Shown: positions 18,851 through 28,461 of the stretch, piece after piece
How positions within the stretch are numbered: position 1 is the stretch's first letter
Layout: each line of letters opens with the position of its first letter
Assembly (NCBI GenBank): GCA_029715105.1
Contig: CP085695.1
Location: 90,001-122,000, forward strand
Source: Candidatus Saccharimonadota bacterium
GTDB lineage: Bacteria > Pseudomonadota > Alphaproteobacteria > Rickettsiales > Anaplasmataceae
DNA length: 32,000 bases
Direction of reading: 5' to 3'
Program-made: the position numbers and the translations under genes
Notes under the pieces: model-generated
Told to the model about the DNA's origin: nothing
Seen by the model: only the letters and a program-made list of their open reading frames with translations
Database searches by the model: none

Positions 18851-19362
18851 GTAAATTTGTATTGTAGTTTTTGTTAATTTAATTATGAACAGGTATTAGG
18901 GTATGTAGAAAAAGAAGGTTTTATAGAAAATGTTAAGGTTTTGTTATTAAAAAGTTGTATTCATTAAAGGTTTTTTAGTCATCATTTAAAGATATTGGTT
19001 ATTATTGTATATAGAGGGCGAAGAGTAACCGGCTTAGTTGTTCATTTATGAAGTTTTTTTTAGAAGAATGAATAGGTACGAAGGTGTGTTTTCACTGTAG
19101 TAGTTAAAGAGAGGATTAGTTTAGATTTTATCGTTGATGAGAGGATGTCTATAAGTTTTCTAGATATTTTTCATTTATAGAGTCTAGATGAAGGCTTCAT
19201 TATTATCTTAAATATTTTCAGTGTAAATGAATGGGACGTTTTGAAAAAGTAAAATTACTTAGTAAAGTTTCATTGTTTGGAGAAATGTATTCTAAAATAT
19301 TAGTTTGAGATATTAAGGAGGATTTTACACTATATAAAATGTAGTTAATTAATTTATGATTT

Positions 19363-19380
19363 ATCCCTTAAATAAGGGAT
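19363..19380. repeat. 18-bp palindrome ATCCCTTAAATAAGGGAT about 110 bp upstream of trhO
   Basis: Perfect 8-bp arms (ATCCCTTA / TAAGGGAT) flank a central AA. The triple-G/C core makes this less trivial than the pure-AT palindromes elsewhere. Confidence 0.4.
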
Positions 19381-19488
19381 TACTATTAGTGAGGAACAGC
19401 CTTTGTTAAAGGTTTATTTATAAGTATATGTCTCCTATTATAAAAGTTGAAGATATGTTGGGAGTTAAAGTGATATACTTTTATATAA

Positions 19489-20346
19489 ATGGTTTATGAT
19501 TTCAGTGGTATGAATTTTGTTGTTGCAACTTTTTATCATTTTGTAGAACTTTTAAAGTTTTATGATGTTTTTGTGAAAATAAGAGATAAGATGAAAGTTA
19601 TGTCTGATAATTTTGGATTAAGAGGTACTATTCTCCTTGCAAAAGAGGGTATTAATGCAACTATATCAGGTAAAAGAGATATAATTAATGAAGTATTCGA
19701 TTTTTTGCGTTTTGAATGTGGATTAGAGTTACCTATATGGAAAGAAAGTATAGCGGAGCATCAACCATTTAATAAAATGAAAGTTAAGTTAAAAAGAGAA
19801 ATTGTAAATTTTGGCATAGGTAATTTAAATATCTCTCTTAGGGGTGAGTATATTGATCCAGAGCATTGGGATGATTTTATTCTTCAACCTAACGTTTTAG
19901 TTATAGATGTTAGAAATGAATATGAAGTAAAACTAGGTAAGTTTAAAAATGCGATTAATCCGCATATTCAATATTTTCGTGAGTTTCCTAGATGGGTAGA
20001 ATTTTTTACTAAGAATAAGGATATGAAGTTGGCTATGTATTGTACTGGTGGGATAAGATGTGAAAAATCTACAGCATATATGAGGAGTTTAGGATTTAAT
20101 AATGTATATCAACTCAGAGGTGGTATACTTTCTTATTTTGAGAAGACTTGTAACAAAAATAACAATTGGGAGGGTGAATGTTTTGTTTTTGATAATAGAA
20201 TTGCTGTTGATAATTTTCTTGTTCCTAGCAGGAGGATAAAATGTATATTTTGTTCAAGTCAAATTTTAAAAATTGATGAGTTGAAATCAGTTTCACGTGG
20301 TAAGGTAGTTTGTTCATCTTGTAGGGTTAACATGTTAGCGAGTTGA
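19489..20346 (+). CDS. trhO: Rhodanese-domain protein of the YceA/UPF0176 family (tRNA uridine-34 hydroxylase TrhO-like)
   Basis: Motifs ATFYHF and ILLAKEGINATISG, the rhodanese loop CTGGIRCEKS, and a C-terminal CxxC..CxxC (CIFCSS...CSSCR) are present. An alternative start lies at 19510 (MNFVVATFYHF). Confidence 0.85.
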   Translation: MVYDFSGMNFVVATFYHFVELLKFYDVFVKIRDKMKVMSDNFGLRGTILLAKEGINATISGKRDIINEVFDFLRFECGLELPIWKESIAEHQPFNKMKVKLKREIVNFGIGNLNISLRGEYIDPEHWDDFILQPNVLVIDVRNEYEVKLGKFKNAINPHIQYFREFPRWVEFFTKNKDMKLAMYCTGGIRCEKSTAYMRSLGFNNVYQLRGGILSYFEKTCNKNNNWEGECFVFDNRIAVDNFLVPSRRIKCIFCSSQILKIDELKSVSRGKVVCSSCRVNMLAS

Positions 20347-21568
20347 GATATAATTTGATATATTTTATTATAATTATGTGATTAAAGTCGATTTTGACTT
20401 GATTATATTTTAGTTTGAGAAGTTAATGTGGGTTTGAATTTTAATCAGTAGAAATTTCATTTTGATGAGATTTTAGTAGTTTTAATTTTATACTAAGTCT
20501 TAAAAAGAAATTGGGCTTTCTTGTTATTTTGCTATAGAATTTATCTATTAGTTTCTTTTATTTTGTAAAATTTAGATTTCTTGTTACTAAAAAGTAGATA
20601 GTGATTTTATTTTAGTATTAAAGATATGTATTAACAATTAGATTATTTATAATTTTTGAAATAAAAAAATTTTTCCTACTTTATAGGACTTTATATAAGT
20701 TTTCTTTTAAAAGAATAAAAATATTACGGGAGTAATAATTAAATAATTATTTGTTTTATACTTTATTAATTATTTTAAGTGTGTTTAGCTCATATTTTAT
20801 AGAACAATTATTTTTGATTTTAATAAAAATTAACTTTGATATTTATATTGAGATGTAGTGTTTTAGAGTTATATCTTCCTATAGATTAGATGAATTGAAA
20901 TCAAATTTATGTTAGATCAAAGTTTCTTTATTTTTCGAGATTTTAAGTTTAGGAGGTTATTAATTTAAATTAATTAGAAAAGAGAGGTTAACTCTTTATA
21001 AGAATTTTTAAAAGTTTTATATTATAAAGAATTAAAAATGATTTTTATTAAAAATAAATGTTAATAGTTTTACTTTAAAAGTTATCTAATTAGTGATTAA
21101 ATGGATTTTTTCTAAAAAAAGCTAATTTTAATTAGAAGAATAAATTTGAAAAGAAAAAGTGTATTCTAAATTTTTAGATAGATAAGAAATGTTATTAGAT
21201 TTTAGTTTATATAGATTATTTTATATTTATTTTAATGTTTAAAATTTATTAAATATTTTGTTAAAATTGTGTTGTGAATTGATGTAATATGAACTAATCA
21301 TTTAATGTTGATTTGCTTTTCCTCTATTAAATACCTTTAAGTACTAGAGGTTTAATATTGCAAGAGATATAATAAGTTTGAGGGGATTTTCATATTTTTA
21401 TTTATTTTATGGTGTTATTAGAGAATAGTAAAGAAATTTGTGAAATTTTGGTAGAATCGTGGGTTTTGTACTAAATTAAATTGAGAACAGGAGAATTTTT
21501 ATTTATTTTAGATAAAAGTTAAAATAAAATAATAAAAGAGTAGAAAGAAATAAAGTTTTATAAGATAT

Positions 21569-21610
21569 ATTCACTCCCCATTTATTCATAATAATAAATG
21601 GGGAGTGAAT
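21569..21610 (-). terminator. Strong hairpin 42 nt downstream of ubiE (18-bp perfect stem, 6-nt loop)
   Basis: The arms are ATTCACTCCCCATTTATT (21569-21586) and AATAAATGGGGAGTGAAT (21593-21610). This is the longest and most GC-containing stem I found. On the ubiE transcript it is followed by AUAUCUUAUAAAACUUUAUUUCUUUCU. Confidence 0.55.
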
Positions 21611-21652
21611 TTAGGTAGTTAGTGATTTTATTAGTTTTGGTAGTTAGTTTTT

Positions 21653-22357
21653 TTATTTTATTCCAGTGTGTATTGCTACTATTCCATAACTCATATTACG
21701 AAATTTAACATTTTTAAATCCTACTTCTTCGATTTCAATTTTAAATTCAGATTGAGTTGGAAATTCTCTTATACTTTTTACCAAGTATTCGTAGGGATTT
21801 TTGTCTTTAGTAATTATACTTCCAATTTTAGGGATTATTTTAAATGAATATATATCGTAAAATTTGGTAAAAATTTTGTTTTGATAGTGCATAGGTGCAA
21901 ATTCTAAACAAACGAATTGTCCGTTTGGTTTTAATACTCTGTAAGCTTCACTTAGAGCCTTTTTACGGTTTAAAATATTTCGAATACCAAAAGCTATTGT
22001 ACAAAAATTAAATTTACAATCTTCAAGTGGTAAGTTTTCTGCGTTTGCACATATAAAATTAAAATTAAGTTGATTTGCATTTATAGATTTGTCACGACCC
22101 TTATTTAGCATATTTTGATTTATATCACATATTGTGATTTGAGCGCTCGGTTCTCTTTTAGCTATTCTTATTGCTATATCTCCTGTTCCTCCTGCGATAT
22201 CTAAGATTTTAGAATTTTCTATAAGATGAAGACTGTTTACCATATCATTTTTCCATAATCTATGCATTCCTAAGCTTATTATATCATTCATGATATCATA
22301 TTGATTTACTACAGCGTTGAATATATTCATAACTAGTTGTAATTTATTATTTATCAT
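21653..22357 (-). CDS. ubiE: Ubiquinone/menaquinone biosynthesis C-methyltransferase
   Basis: Motifs [18 protein letters not shown], the SAM-binding [12 protein letters not shown], and [13 protein letters not shown] are present. Confidence 0.9.
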   Translation of the reverse strand: MINNKLQLVMNIFNAVVNQYDIMNDIISLGMHRLWKNDMVNSLHLIENSKILDIAGGTGDIAIRIAKREPSAQITICDINQNMLNKGRDKSINANQLNFNFICANAENLPLEDCKFNFCTIAFGIRNILNRKKALSEAYRVLKPNGQFVCLEFAPMHYQNKIFTKFYDIYSFKIIPKIGSIITKDKNPYEYLVKSIREFPTQSEFKIEIEEVGFKNVKFRNMSYGIVAIHTGIK

Positions 22358-22492
22358 ATTTATGCGTGTACTACACTATTTATTTTAATGGATTGCTTCT
22401 ATAGTTGCATTTTATATTTTTATATATATTAATATATAACTAATAAAGAAAATTATATTATAATAAAGTTTTAAGCTCAGTAAGTCTGTTAA

Positions 22493-23698
22493 GTGGCAAT
22501 ACAAAATATTATTTCTTTTATTATGATATTATCTGTAGCGACCGCTGATATGGCAACTGATTTATATTCAGTTGCATTACCAAATATTGCTCATTATTTT
22601 GAAGTAGAGGGTTATATAGTGCAGCTTACGATTAGTTTGAATCTAATTGGACTTGCGGTATCTGGGTTGATCTATGGTCCATTATCTGATTATTACGGTA
22701 GGCGTCCAATTATGCTAATTGGTATGATAATTTTTACTTTAGCTAGTATTGCTTGTTATATAGCTGATGATATTGTTATTCTAGTAATTGTTCGTTTTAT
22801 ACAAGGAATAGGAGCCGGTGTAGCAAGTGTAATTGGATATGCAGCAATAAGAGATATGTATTCAGGTAGTGAATATTCAAGGGTGATTTCAAGGTTAAAT
22901 ATGGTAGTAGCGCTTTCACCTGGAGTAGCTCCAGTGATAGGCAGTTATGTAATTTCCAATGGATATAGTTGGAAATTTTTGTTTTTTATTATGTCAGTTG
23001 TAGCAATTATTATTCTTATTTTTATTTATTTTAAATTACAAGAAACACTTACCTTAAATAATAAGAGTGAAATAGATATAATTGACGTAATATTTAACAT
23101 TCCAAAACAATATATTTTAATTTTAAGGAATTATCGTTTTCTTGGATTTGCAATTATTCATGGATTAACTTTTATGTGGCTTTGGGCATATATTGCTAAT
23201 TATCCTTTTATATTTGAGTCTATGGGTGTTGAAGTACAGTATTTTGGTTATCTAATATCAGTTATAGTTATATTTTATATCATAGGAACTATTATTAATA
23301 GGAGGTATGTGCTAAAACTAGGTGTTAATAGAATGTTGATGATAGGCTTGTTATTACCAATAGTACCTGAGAGTTTATTAGTATATTTTTACTTTATCGA
23401 CAAATTAAATATTCTTGTTCTTCAAGCTGTTTGGATTCCAAGTAATATAGGTCTTGCACTTGTGATAAGTAATAATGTAACTTCTGCGTTAGAAACAATT
23501 GAGGGCATAGGACTTGGTAGTGCAATTCTTTCATTTTTCAATATGATATTTGGAGCCATTGGAGTATATATAATAGGAAAATTTTTTTCTTATGGTATTT
23601 TACCAAATTTATTACTAACAATAGTATGTTCTATATTTGCAGTTTTTATATATTGCAAGATTAATGAGAGAGGAGGAGATTTAAGAAAAAAGATATAG
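22493..23698 (+). CDS. MFS transporter, Bcr/CflA drug-efflux-like
   Basis: The protein has about 12 TM segments, MFS motif A (GPLSDYYGRRPIMLIG) and a Bcr-like N-terminus (DMATDLYSVALPNIAHYF). The GTG start at 22493 is needed for a complete TM1. Confidence 0.8.
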   Translation: MAIQNIISFIMILSVATADMATDLYSVALPNIAHYFEVEGYIVQLTISLNLIGLAVSGLIYGPLSDYYGRRPIMLIGMIIFTLASIACYIADDIVILVIVRFIQGIGAGVASVIGYAAIRDMYSGSEYSRVISRLNMVVALSPGVAPVIGSYVISNGYSWKFLFFIMSVVAIIILIFIYFKLQETLTLNNKSEIDIIDVIFNIPKQYILILRNYRFLGFAIIHGLTFMWLWAYIANYPFIFESMGVEVQYFGYLISVIVIFYIIGTIINRRYVLKLGVNRMLMIGLLLPIVPESLLVYFYFIDKLNILVLQAVWIPSNIGLALVISNNVTSALETIEGIGLGSAILSFFNMIFGAIGVYIIGKFFSYGILPNLLLTIVCSIFAVFIYCKINERGGDLRKKI

Positions 23699-23746
23699 AA
23701 GAGTTGTTTAGTATGTATGGTGGTCGTAATTTAATCTTCTTTATCC

Positions 23747-23775
23747 TACCCCCTCAAAGGAGGGAGTATTTATTT
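23747..23775 (+). terminator. Rho-independent terminator candidate after the MFS gene
   Basis: The stem TACCCCCTC / GAGGGAGTA has 9 bp with one C-A mismatch and an AAAG loop. It is followed directly by TTTATTTA and lies 48 nt past the stop, between the convergent MFS and tkt genes. Confidence 0.5.
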
Positions 23776-23897
23776 AGTTAGAATAGTAATTAAGGGTTGG
23801 TTATTTTTGTGAAATTTATTTCAATTAATGAAAAGAGTCTCGTATAATGTGAAAGTGTAGTTTATAAGAGATTTTACATGTATTATAAGAGATCTAG

Positions 23898-25856
23898 TCA
23901 GGGGATCAATTTTTTGCATATAAGTTTTACTACGTAGTTTGCACTAATATTAAAATGTCTGTAGAGCTCTTTACAAGGAGCGGATTTTCCAAAGCTTTTC
24001 ATACCAATAAATATACCATTTAAGCCTATATATTTATGCCAGCCTATTTCGCTCCCAGCTTCAATCGCAACTTTGATGCTATTGTTATTTAATATTGTTT
24101 TTTTATATTTATCATTTTGTTCATCAAAAAGTTCCCAGCACGGCATGGAAATGACTCTTGTTCCTATGCCTTTTTTATGTAATTTTTTTCTTGCTTCAAT
24201 TGCAATTTGAACTTCAGATCCGGTTGCAAATATTGTCACTTCCAGATTTTTTAAATATTCACATAGAATGTATGCACCAAATTTTGATAAATTATCAAAT
24301 TGATAAGTGTTAGAATGAAATTTGCGCATATAATTTACATTTTGTTTTGAGAGTGCAAATAACACAGGTGATTTTTTTTTCTTTAACGCGATATTAATAC
24401 ATTCTAATGTTTCGATTGCATCTGCAGGTCTAAAAACATATAAATTCGGTATGGCTCGAAGAGAGGCTAGATGTTCTATTGGTTGGTGAGTAGGACCATC
24501 TTCTCCTACCCCAATTGAATCATGAGTCATTATATACATAATTTGTTGTTTCATTAATGCTGAGAGACGTATAGCAGGACGACAATAATCGGAAAATGTT
24601 AAAAATGTGCCACAATAAGGAAATATTCCACCATGAAGAGCCATACCGTTCATACAAGCAGCCATAGCATGTTCTCTCACTCCATAGTGTATATAAGAAC
24701 CGCTATAATTATTACTGTTTATTATTTTCATGTGCTTATATCTAGTACAATTTGACTGAGTAAGATCGGCAGATCCACCAATTAGTTCAGGCATAGACTT
24801 AGTTATAAGTTCCATTATCTTACCAAAAGAAGATCGAGTAGCTTCGTTAAGCATTGTTTCATGTATTTGTTTTTTAAAATTAGTTAAATTATTTTCGATG
24901 TTATTTGGTAAATGCTTGTTAAGCCTTCTCTGTAGCTCTTTATTTATTAATGGTGTATAGTATTGTTTTGCTCTTTTAATTGTTTTTATCCATGCGTTTT
25001 TTACATTTTCTGGTATATGAAATGATTCATAATTCCAGTTTAATTTTTTTTTCATTTCTTTTATATCCTGTTCAGTAGGAATAGTACTATGAGCAGAAGA
25101 TGTATTAGCATAATTTGAAAATTTTCCTATGATTGTCTTACAACAGATGAGTGATGGCTTGTCAGATTTTTGAGCTTGTTTTATTGCGAGAGATATGGAA
25201 TTGAAATTATGGCCGTCAATTTTATTAACATTCCACCCATAAGCTGAAAAACGTTTTTCTATATCATCAGAACAAGATAAGTTGATAGTGCCGTCTATAG
25301 AAATGTTATTATCATCAAAAAGGGCTATTAATTTATTTAGTTTAAGATGTCCAGCAAAAGATGCTGCTTCATGGCTTATTCCCTCCATAAGACATCCATC
25401 TCCAAGTATTACATAGGTATAATGATCAATTTTAAATTTTTTTTTGAGAATTGCTTCAGCAAGTGCCATACCAATTGAAATAGCAAATCCTTGTCCAAGT
25501 GGACCTGTTGTTGCTTCTATGCCTGGAGTTAAACCAAATTCTGGATGACCTGGAGTTTTAGATCTGAGTTGTCTAAAATTTTTTAATTCATCTATACTAA
25601 TGTAGCCTGTTAGATATAATATTGAATACAATAATATTGAACCGTGACCGTTTGATAAAATAAAACGGTCTCTATTGAACCATTTTGGATCATCTGGATT
25701 GTGATTTATGTATTTAGCAAATAAAACAGTCGCGACATCCGCCATACCAAGTGGCATACCTAGATGTCCAGATTTTGCTTTTTGTATTGCATCAACTGAT
25801 AAAAAACGGACAGCGTTTGCCATAGATTCTAGTGGTAGATGATTCATATCACTCAT
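23898..25856 (-). CDS. tkt: Transketolase
   Basis: Motifs SGHLGMPLGMADV, the TPP motif GDGCLMEGISHEA, and THDSIGVGEDGPTHQPIEHLASLRAIPN are present; 652 aa. Confidence 0.95.
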   Translation of the reverse strand: MSDMNHLPLESMANAVRFLSVDAIQKAKSGHLGMPLGMADVATVLFAKYINHNPDDPKWFNRDRFILSNGHGSILLYSILYLTGYISIDELKNFRQLRSKTPGHPEFGLTPGIEATTGPLGQGFAISIGMALAEAILKKKFKIDHYTYVILGDGCLMEGISHEAASFAGHLKLNKLIALFDDNNISIDGTINLSCSDDIEKRFSAYGWNVNKIDGHNFNSISLAIKQAQKSDKPSLICCKTIIGKFSNYANTSSAHSTIPTEQDIKEMKKKLNWNYESFHIPENVKNAWIKTIKRAKQYYTPLINKELQRRLNKHLPNNIENNLTNFKKQIHETMLNEATRSSFGKIMELITKSMPELIGGSADLTQSNCTRYKHMKIINSNNYSGSYIHYGVREHAMAACMNGMALHGGIFPYCGTFLTFSDYCRPAIRLSALMKQQIMYIMTHDSIGVGEDGPTHQPIEHLASLRAIPNLYVFRPADAIETLECINIALKKKKSPVLFALSKQNVNYMRKFHSNTYQFDNLSKFGAYILCEYLKNLEVTIFATGSEVQIAIEARKKLHKKGIGTRVISMPCWELFDEQNDKYKKTILNNNSIKVAIEAGSEIGWHKYIGLNGIFIGMKSFGKSAPCKELYRHFNISANYVVKLICKKLIP

Positions 25857-25969
25857 TGTTATAAAGTTATAAAATTTAAGAGAAGTATATATAAAAAAAT
25901 AAATTTGTAAAAACTAGTTGACATTTAATATTAAAGTTCAAATAACTAGGATTAGATGATGAGAGGTTT

Positions 25970-26584
25970 ATGACAACTATTGTAAATAGGAAATATAGAA
26001 TCAGCCGTAGACTTGGTGTAAATTTGTGGGGCAGGGCAAAGGATCCAGTAAATAAGAGAAAATATCCTCCGGGTCAGCATGGTATTCTTGGATTTAAGAG
26101 GTCGTCTACTTTTGGTAAGCAGTTTGCCGCGCACAAGAAGTTTAAATTTTATTATGCGATTTCAAGTAAACAACTTAGGCGTGTATTTTTAGATGCTTAT
26201 AATAAAAAGGGTTATATAGTTGATAATTTTATTGGTATTTTGGAATCAAGGCTGAGTTCTGTTTTATATCATTCTGGTCTTGTACCGACGATTTATTCGG
26301 CAAAACAGCTCATATCTCACCAACATGTTATGGTTAATAATAAGATTATTAATATATCAAGTTATCGGGTAAGGCCTGGTGATATAGTGAAAATAAGAGA
26401 GAGAGCGTTAAAAATTCCAGTGGTAGTAGAAGCTGTCAAGAAACAAGAGCGCAAGATTCCAGATTATTTAGAAATAAATATTAAGGAGTGTTCTGTAAAA
26501 TTTTTAAGAGTGCCTCAGTATTCTGAAGTTCATTATTCATCGGATATGGGAATTAATTTAGTAGTAGAGTTTTATTCTAGGTGA
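25970..26584 (+). CDS. rpsD: 30S ribosomal protein S4
   Basis: The N-terminus [14 protein letters not shown] and the S4 RNA-binding domain [35 protein letters not shown] are present. A GAGAGG SD lies upstream. Confidence 0.95.
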   Translation: MTTIVNRKYRISRRLGVNLWGRAKDPVNKRKYPPGQHGILGFKRSSTFGKQFAAHKKFKFYYAISSKQLRRVFLDAYNKKGYIVDNFIGILESRLSSVLYHSGLVPTIYSAKQLISHQHVMVNNKIINISSYRVRPGDIVKIRERALKIPVVVEAVKKQERKIPDYLEINIKECSVKFLRVPQYSEVHYSSDMGINLVVEFYSR

Positions 26585-26604
26585 GGTATGTACGTAGATA
26601 AAGG

Positions 26605-26694
26605 GCCCGTGTGGCGGAATTCGGTAGACGCAGCGGACTTAAAATTCGTGGGTTTTTATAGACCTTGGGAGTTCAAATCTCCCCATGGGCACCA
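26605..26694 (+). tRNA. tRNA-Leu (anticodon UAA), class II with long variable arm, CCA encoded
   Basis: Hand-folded cloverleaf. Acceptor GCCCGTG/CATGGGC. D arm GCG..CGC. Anticodon stem GCGGA/TTCGT with loop CTTAAAA (anticodon TAA). 17-nt variable arm. T arm GGGAG-TTCAAAT-CTCCC. Discriminator A followed by CCA. Confidence 0.9.
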
Positions 26695-26714
26695 GAGTTT
26701 TATGAGGTAAAGTA

Positions 26715-26909
26715 ATGAAGTGGCTTGATATAAAAAATATTGTGGAGTCGCTAGAAGAAAAATTTCCGTATGATGATGTAGTTAATATTAGATTTACTGA
26801 TCTTAAGAAGAAGGTTCTTTATTTAGAAGGATTTAATGATGATGAGAAACGTTGTAATGAAAAAATACTTGAAGCTATTCAGATGGCTTGGATTGAGGAG
26901 AGATCTTAA
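26715..26909 (+). CDS. iscX: Fe-S cluster assembly protein IscX (YfhJ family)
   Basis: The 64-aa product MKWLDIKNIVESLEEKFPYDDVVNIRFTDLKKKVLYLEGFNDDEKRCNEKILEAIQMAWIEE parallels E. coli IscX (KW.D...I.E.L....P......RFTD......L..F.DD.....NEKILEAI...W). A GAGG SD lies 7 nt upstream. Confidence 0.85.
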   Translation: MKWLDIKNIVESLEEKFPYDDVVNIRFTDLKKKVLYLEGFNDDEKRCNEKILEAIQMAWIEERS

Positions 26910-26960
26910 TGACGGCCTGTATTTTTATGTGAATTTACATGGTGTTTTGGGTTAGTACAC

Positions 26961-26984
26961 TTTTCGTAATCTTTTGTACGAAAA
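26961..26984 (+). terminator. Weak terminator-like hairpin after iscX (TTTTCGTA-8 nt-TACGAAAA)
   Basis: A perfect 8-bp stem lies 51 nt past the iscX stop. T-rich sequence (ACGTTTAAAATTTTGTTTTTATTT) follows. Confidence 0.3.
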
Positions 26985-27336
26985 ACGTTTAAAATTTTGT
27001 TTTTATTTGGAGTGTTATATATATAGAATCTGAGATTTTATATAGTGGTTGAGTAAGTTTTATTGCGTATTTTTCTTTTTTTATTAATTGTTTTTCGTTT
27101 TGTAAATTTTAAGGTAATTTTCGTTTGTTTCTTACCTATGAATAGATATAAGAAATATTTAATTCATAGTAAATGTATTATAATATATCTTTAGATTTTA
27201 TTTATCATGTTATTTGTGATTAAAATTATGATGATAAGGTTAACTCAAATATAGTAATTATTAATTTTTTATAAACAATAAACAAATAGTGTAAGGAACA
27301 GTTTCATGTAGAGATTTATTATTACCAAATTTTGTA

Positions 27337-27410
27337 CGGGAGTGATGAGATTTGAACTCACGACCTCATGCGTGACAGGCATGCGCTCTAACCTACTGAG
27401 CTACACCCCC
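27337..27410 (-). tRNA. tRNA-Asp (anticodon GUC), CCA not encoded
   Basis: The reverse complement folds as GGGGGTG-TA-GCTC-AGTAGGTTA-GAGC-G-CATGC-CTGTCAC-GCATG-AGGTC-GTGAG-TTCAAAT-CTCAT-CACTCCC-G. It is 74 nt and the downstream sequence is TAC, not CCA. Confidence 0.9.
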
Positions 27411-27621
27411 CTTACATTTCTTTTTATTTTGTTTTGTTCAGGCTAATAAAAGTATTTTTTTTTGTCAACGTTTTTATTTGCACTTTATTATCTTATATAT
27501 TACTATGTAGACGATTTGGTTTTTGTCAATGTAAAGTAGAGATTGTTTGTTAATGCAGTAAATACTGTTGAAATTTTCATATCATAGAAATGAACTATTA
27601 AGGGAGGGAAAGAAAGAGAGT

Positions 27622-28461
27622 ATGGTGAATTTACCTGGAGTCACTATAGGTGATCTAGCTGGATCTGGTGTACATTTTGGTCACAAAGTTAATCGTTGGA
27701 ATGCAAAAATGGCTCCATATATATATGGAGTACATCAAGAAAGCCGTATACATATAATTGATTTGCGAAAAACGTTACCATTATTACGGGTTGCAATGAA
27801 AGCTTTATATAATGTTTCTTCTCAAGGTGGTCGTATATTGTTTATTGGTACAAAATTTCAAGCTTTAGATATCATTGCAAATGAGGCAGCTCGTTGTGGT
27901 CAATACTACGTAAATTATCGATGGCTTGGTGGCATGCTTACCAATTGGGAGACTGTTTCTTCTTCAATAAAAACATTAATTCAATACGAAAAAGTGTTAG
28001 ATAATGAAAATAGTGTTTTGACAAAAAAAGAATTAGGAAGTATTGAAAAAAAAAGGCAAAAACTCGACAAGGTATTAGGCGGTATTAGAGAAATGGGTGC
28101 AGTTCCAGATATCTTATTTATTATTGATACTAATAAAGAACATATTGCAGTTAAAGAGGCAAGAAAATTAGAGATTCCAATAGTTGCGGTGCTCGATACT
28201 AATTCTAATCCAGACGGTATTACTTATCCTATACCAGGGAATGATGATTCAAGAAAATCAATAGAACTTTATTGTAAGTTAGCTGCAGATTTTATATTGG
28301 CAGGGATAGAGTCTAGTTTAATGAGATCTGGGGTTAAGGTTGGTAATGGTATAAGAAGTGATAAATTTATTTATGAAAAGGAAAATAGTACTACACAAAT
28401 TAAAGTACTGAATAATAAGATGACTAAAGAAAGCGAGAATGAGGTTATTAAAGTAAAATGA
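27622..28461 (+). CDS. rpsB: 30S ribosomal protein S2
   Basis: Motifs [30 protein letters not shown] and [19 protein letters not shown] are present. I prefer the ATG at 27622, which is preceded by AGGGAGGGAAAGAAAGAGAGT, over the TTG at 27568 that opens the tracked ORF. Confidence 0.92.
   Translation: MVNLPGVTIGDLAGSGVHFGHKVNRWNAKMAPYIYGVHQESRIHIIDLRKTLPLLRVAMKALYNVSSQGGRILFIGTKFQALDIIANEAARCGQYYVNYRWLGGMLTNWETVSSSIKTLIQYEKVLDNENSVLTKKELGSIEKKRQKLDKVLGGIREMGAVPDILFIIDTNKEHIAVKEARKLEIPIVAVLDTNSNPDGITYPIPGNDDSRKSIELYCKLAADFILAGIESSLMRSGVKVGNGIRSDKFIYEKENSTTQIKVLNNKMTKESENEVIKVK

Noticed and set aside
19428-19499. 23-codon upstream ORF (MSPIIKVEDMLGVKVIYFYINGL) overlapping the trhO start
   Set aside because: It has no SD, is out of frame with trhO, and is most likely a chance ORF.
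20959-20974. Pure A/T palindromes such as ATTAATTTAAATTAAT, with many similar ones in the spacers, for example AGTTTTTATA-GT-TATAAAAACT at 15417-15438
   Set aside because: Low-complexity AT-only self-complementarity is expected at this composition, so there is no basis for a functional call.
25918-25923. Perfect TTGACA hexamer in the tkt/rpsD divergent region
   Set aside because: No acceptable -10 element lies 16-18 nt downstream, so a promoter call is not supported.
25952-26134. 60-aa minus-strand ORF overlapping the rpsD start
   Set aside because: It is antisense to ribosomal protein S4 and has no supporting signals.
27568-27621. TTG-initiated 18-codon N-terminal extension of rpsB in the ORF track
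   Set aside because: The conserved S2 N-terminus begins at the ATG at 27622, which has a strong purine-rich RBS. The extension has no homology support.
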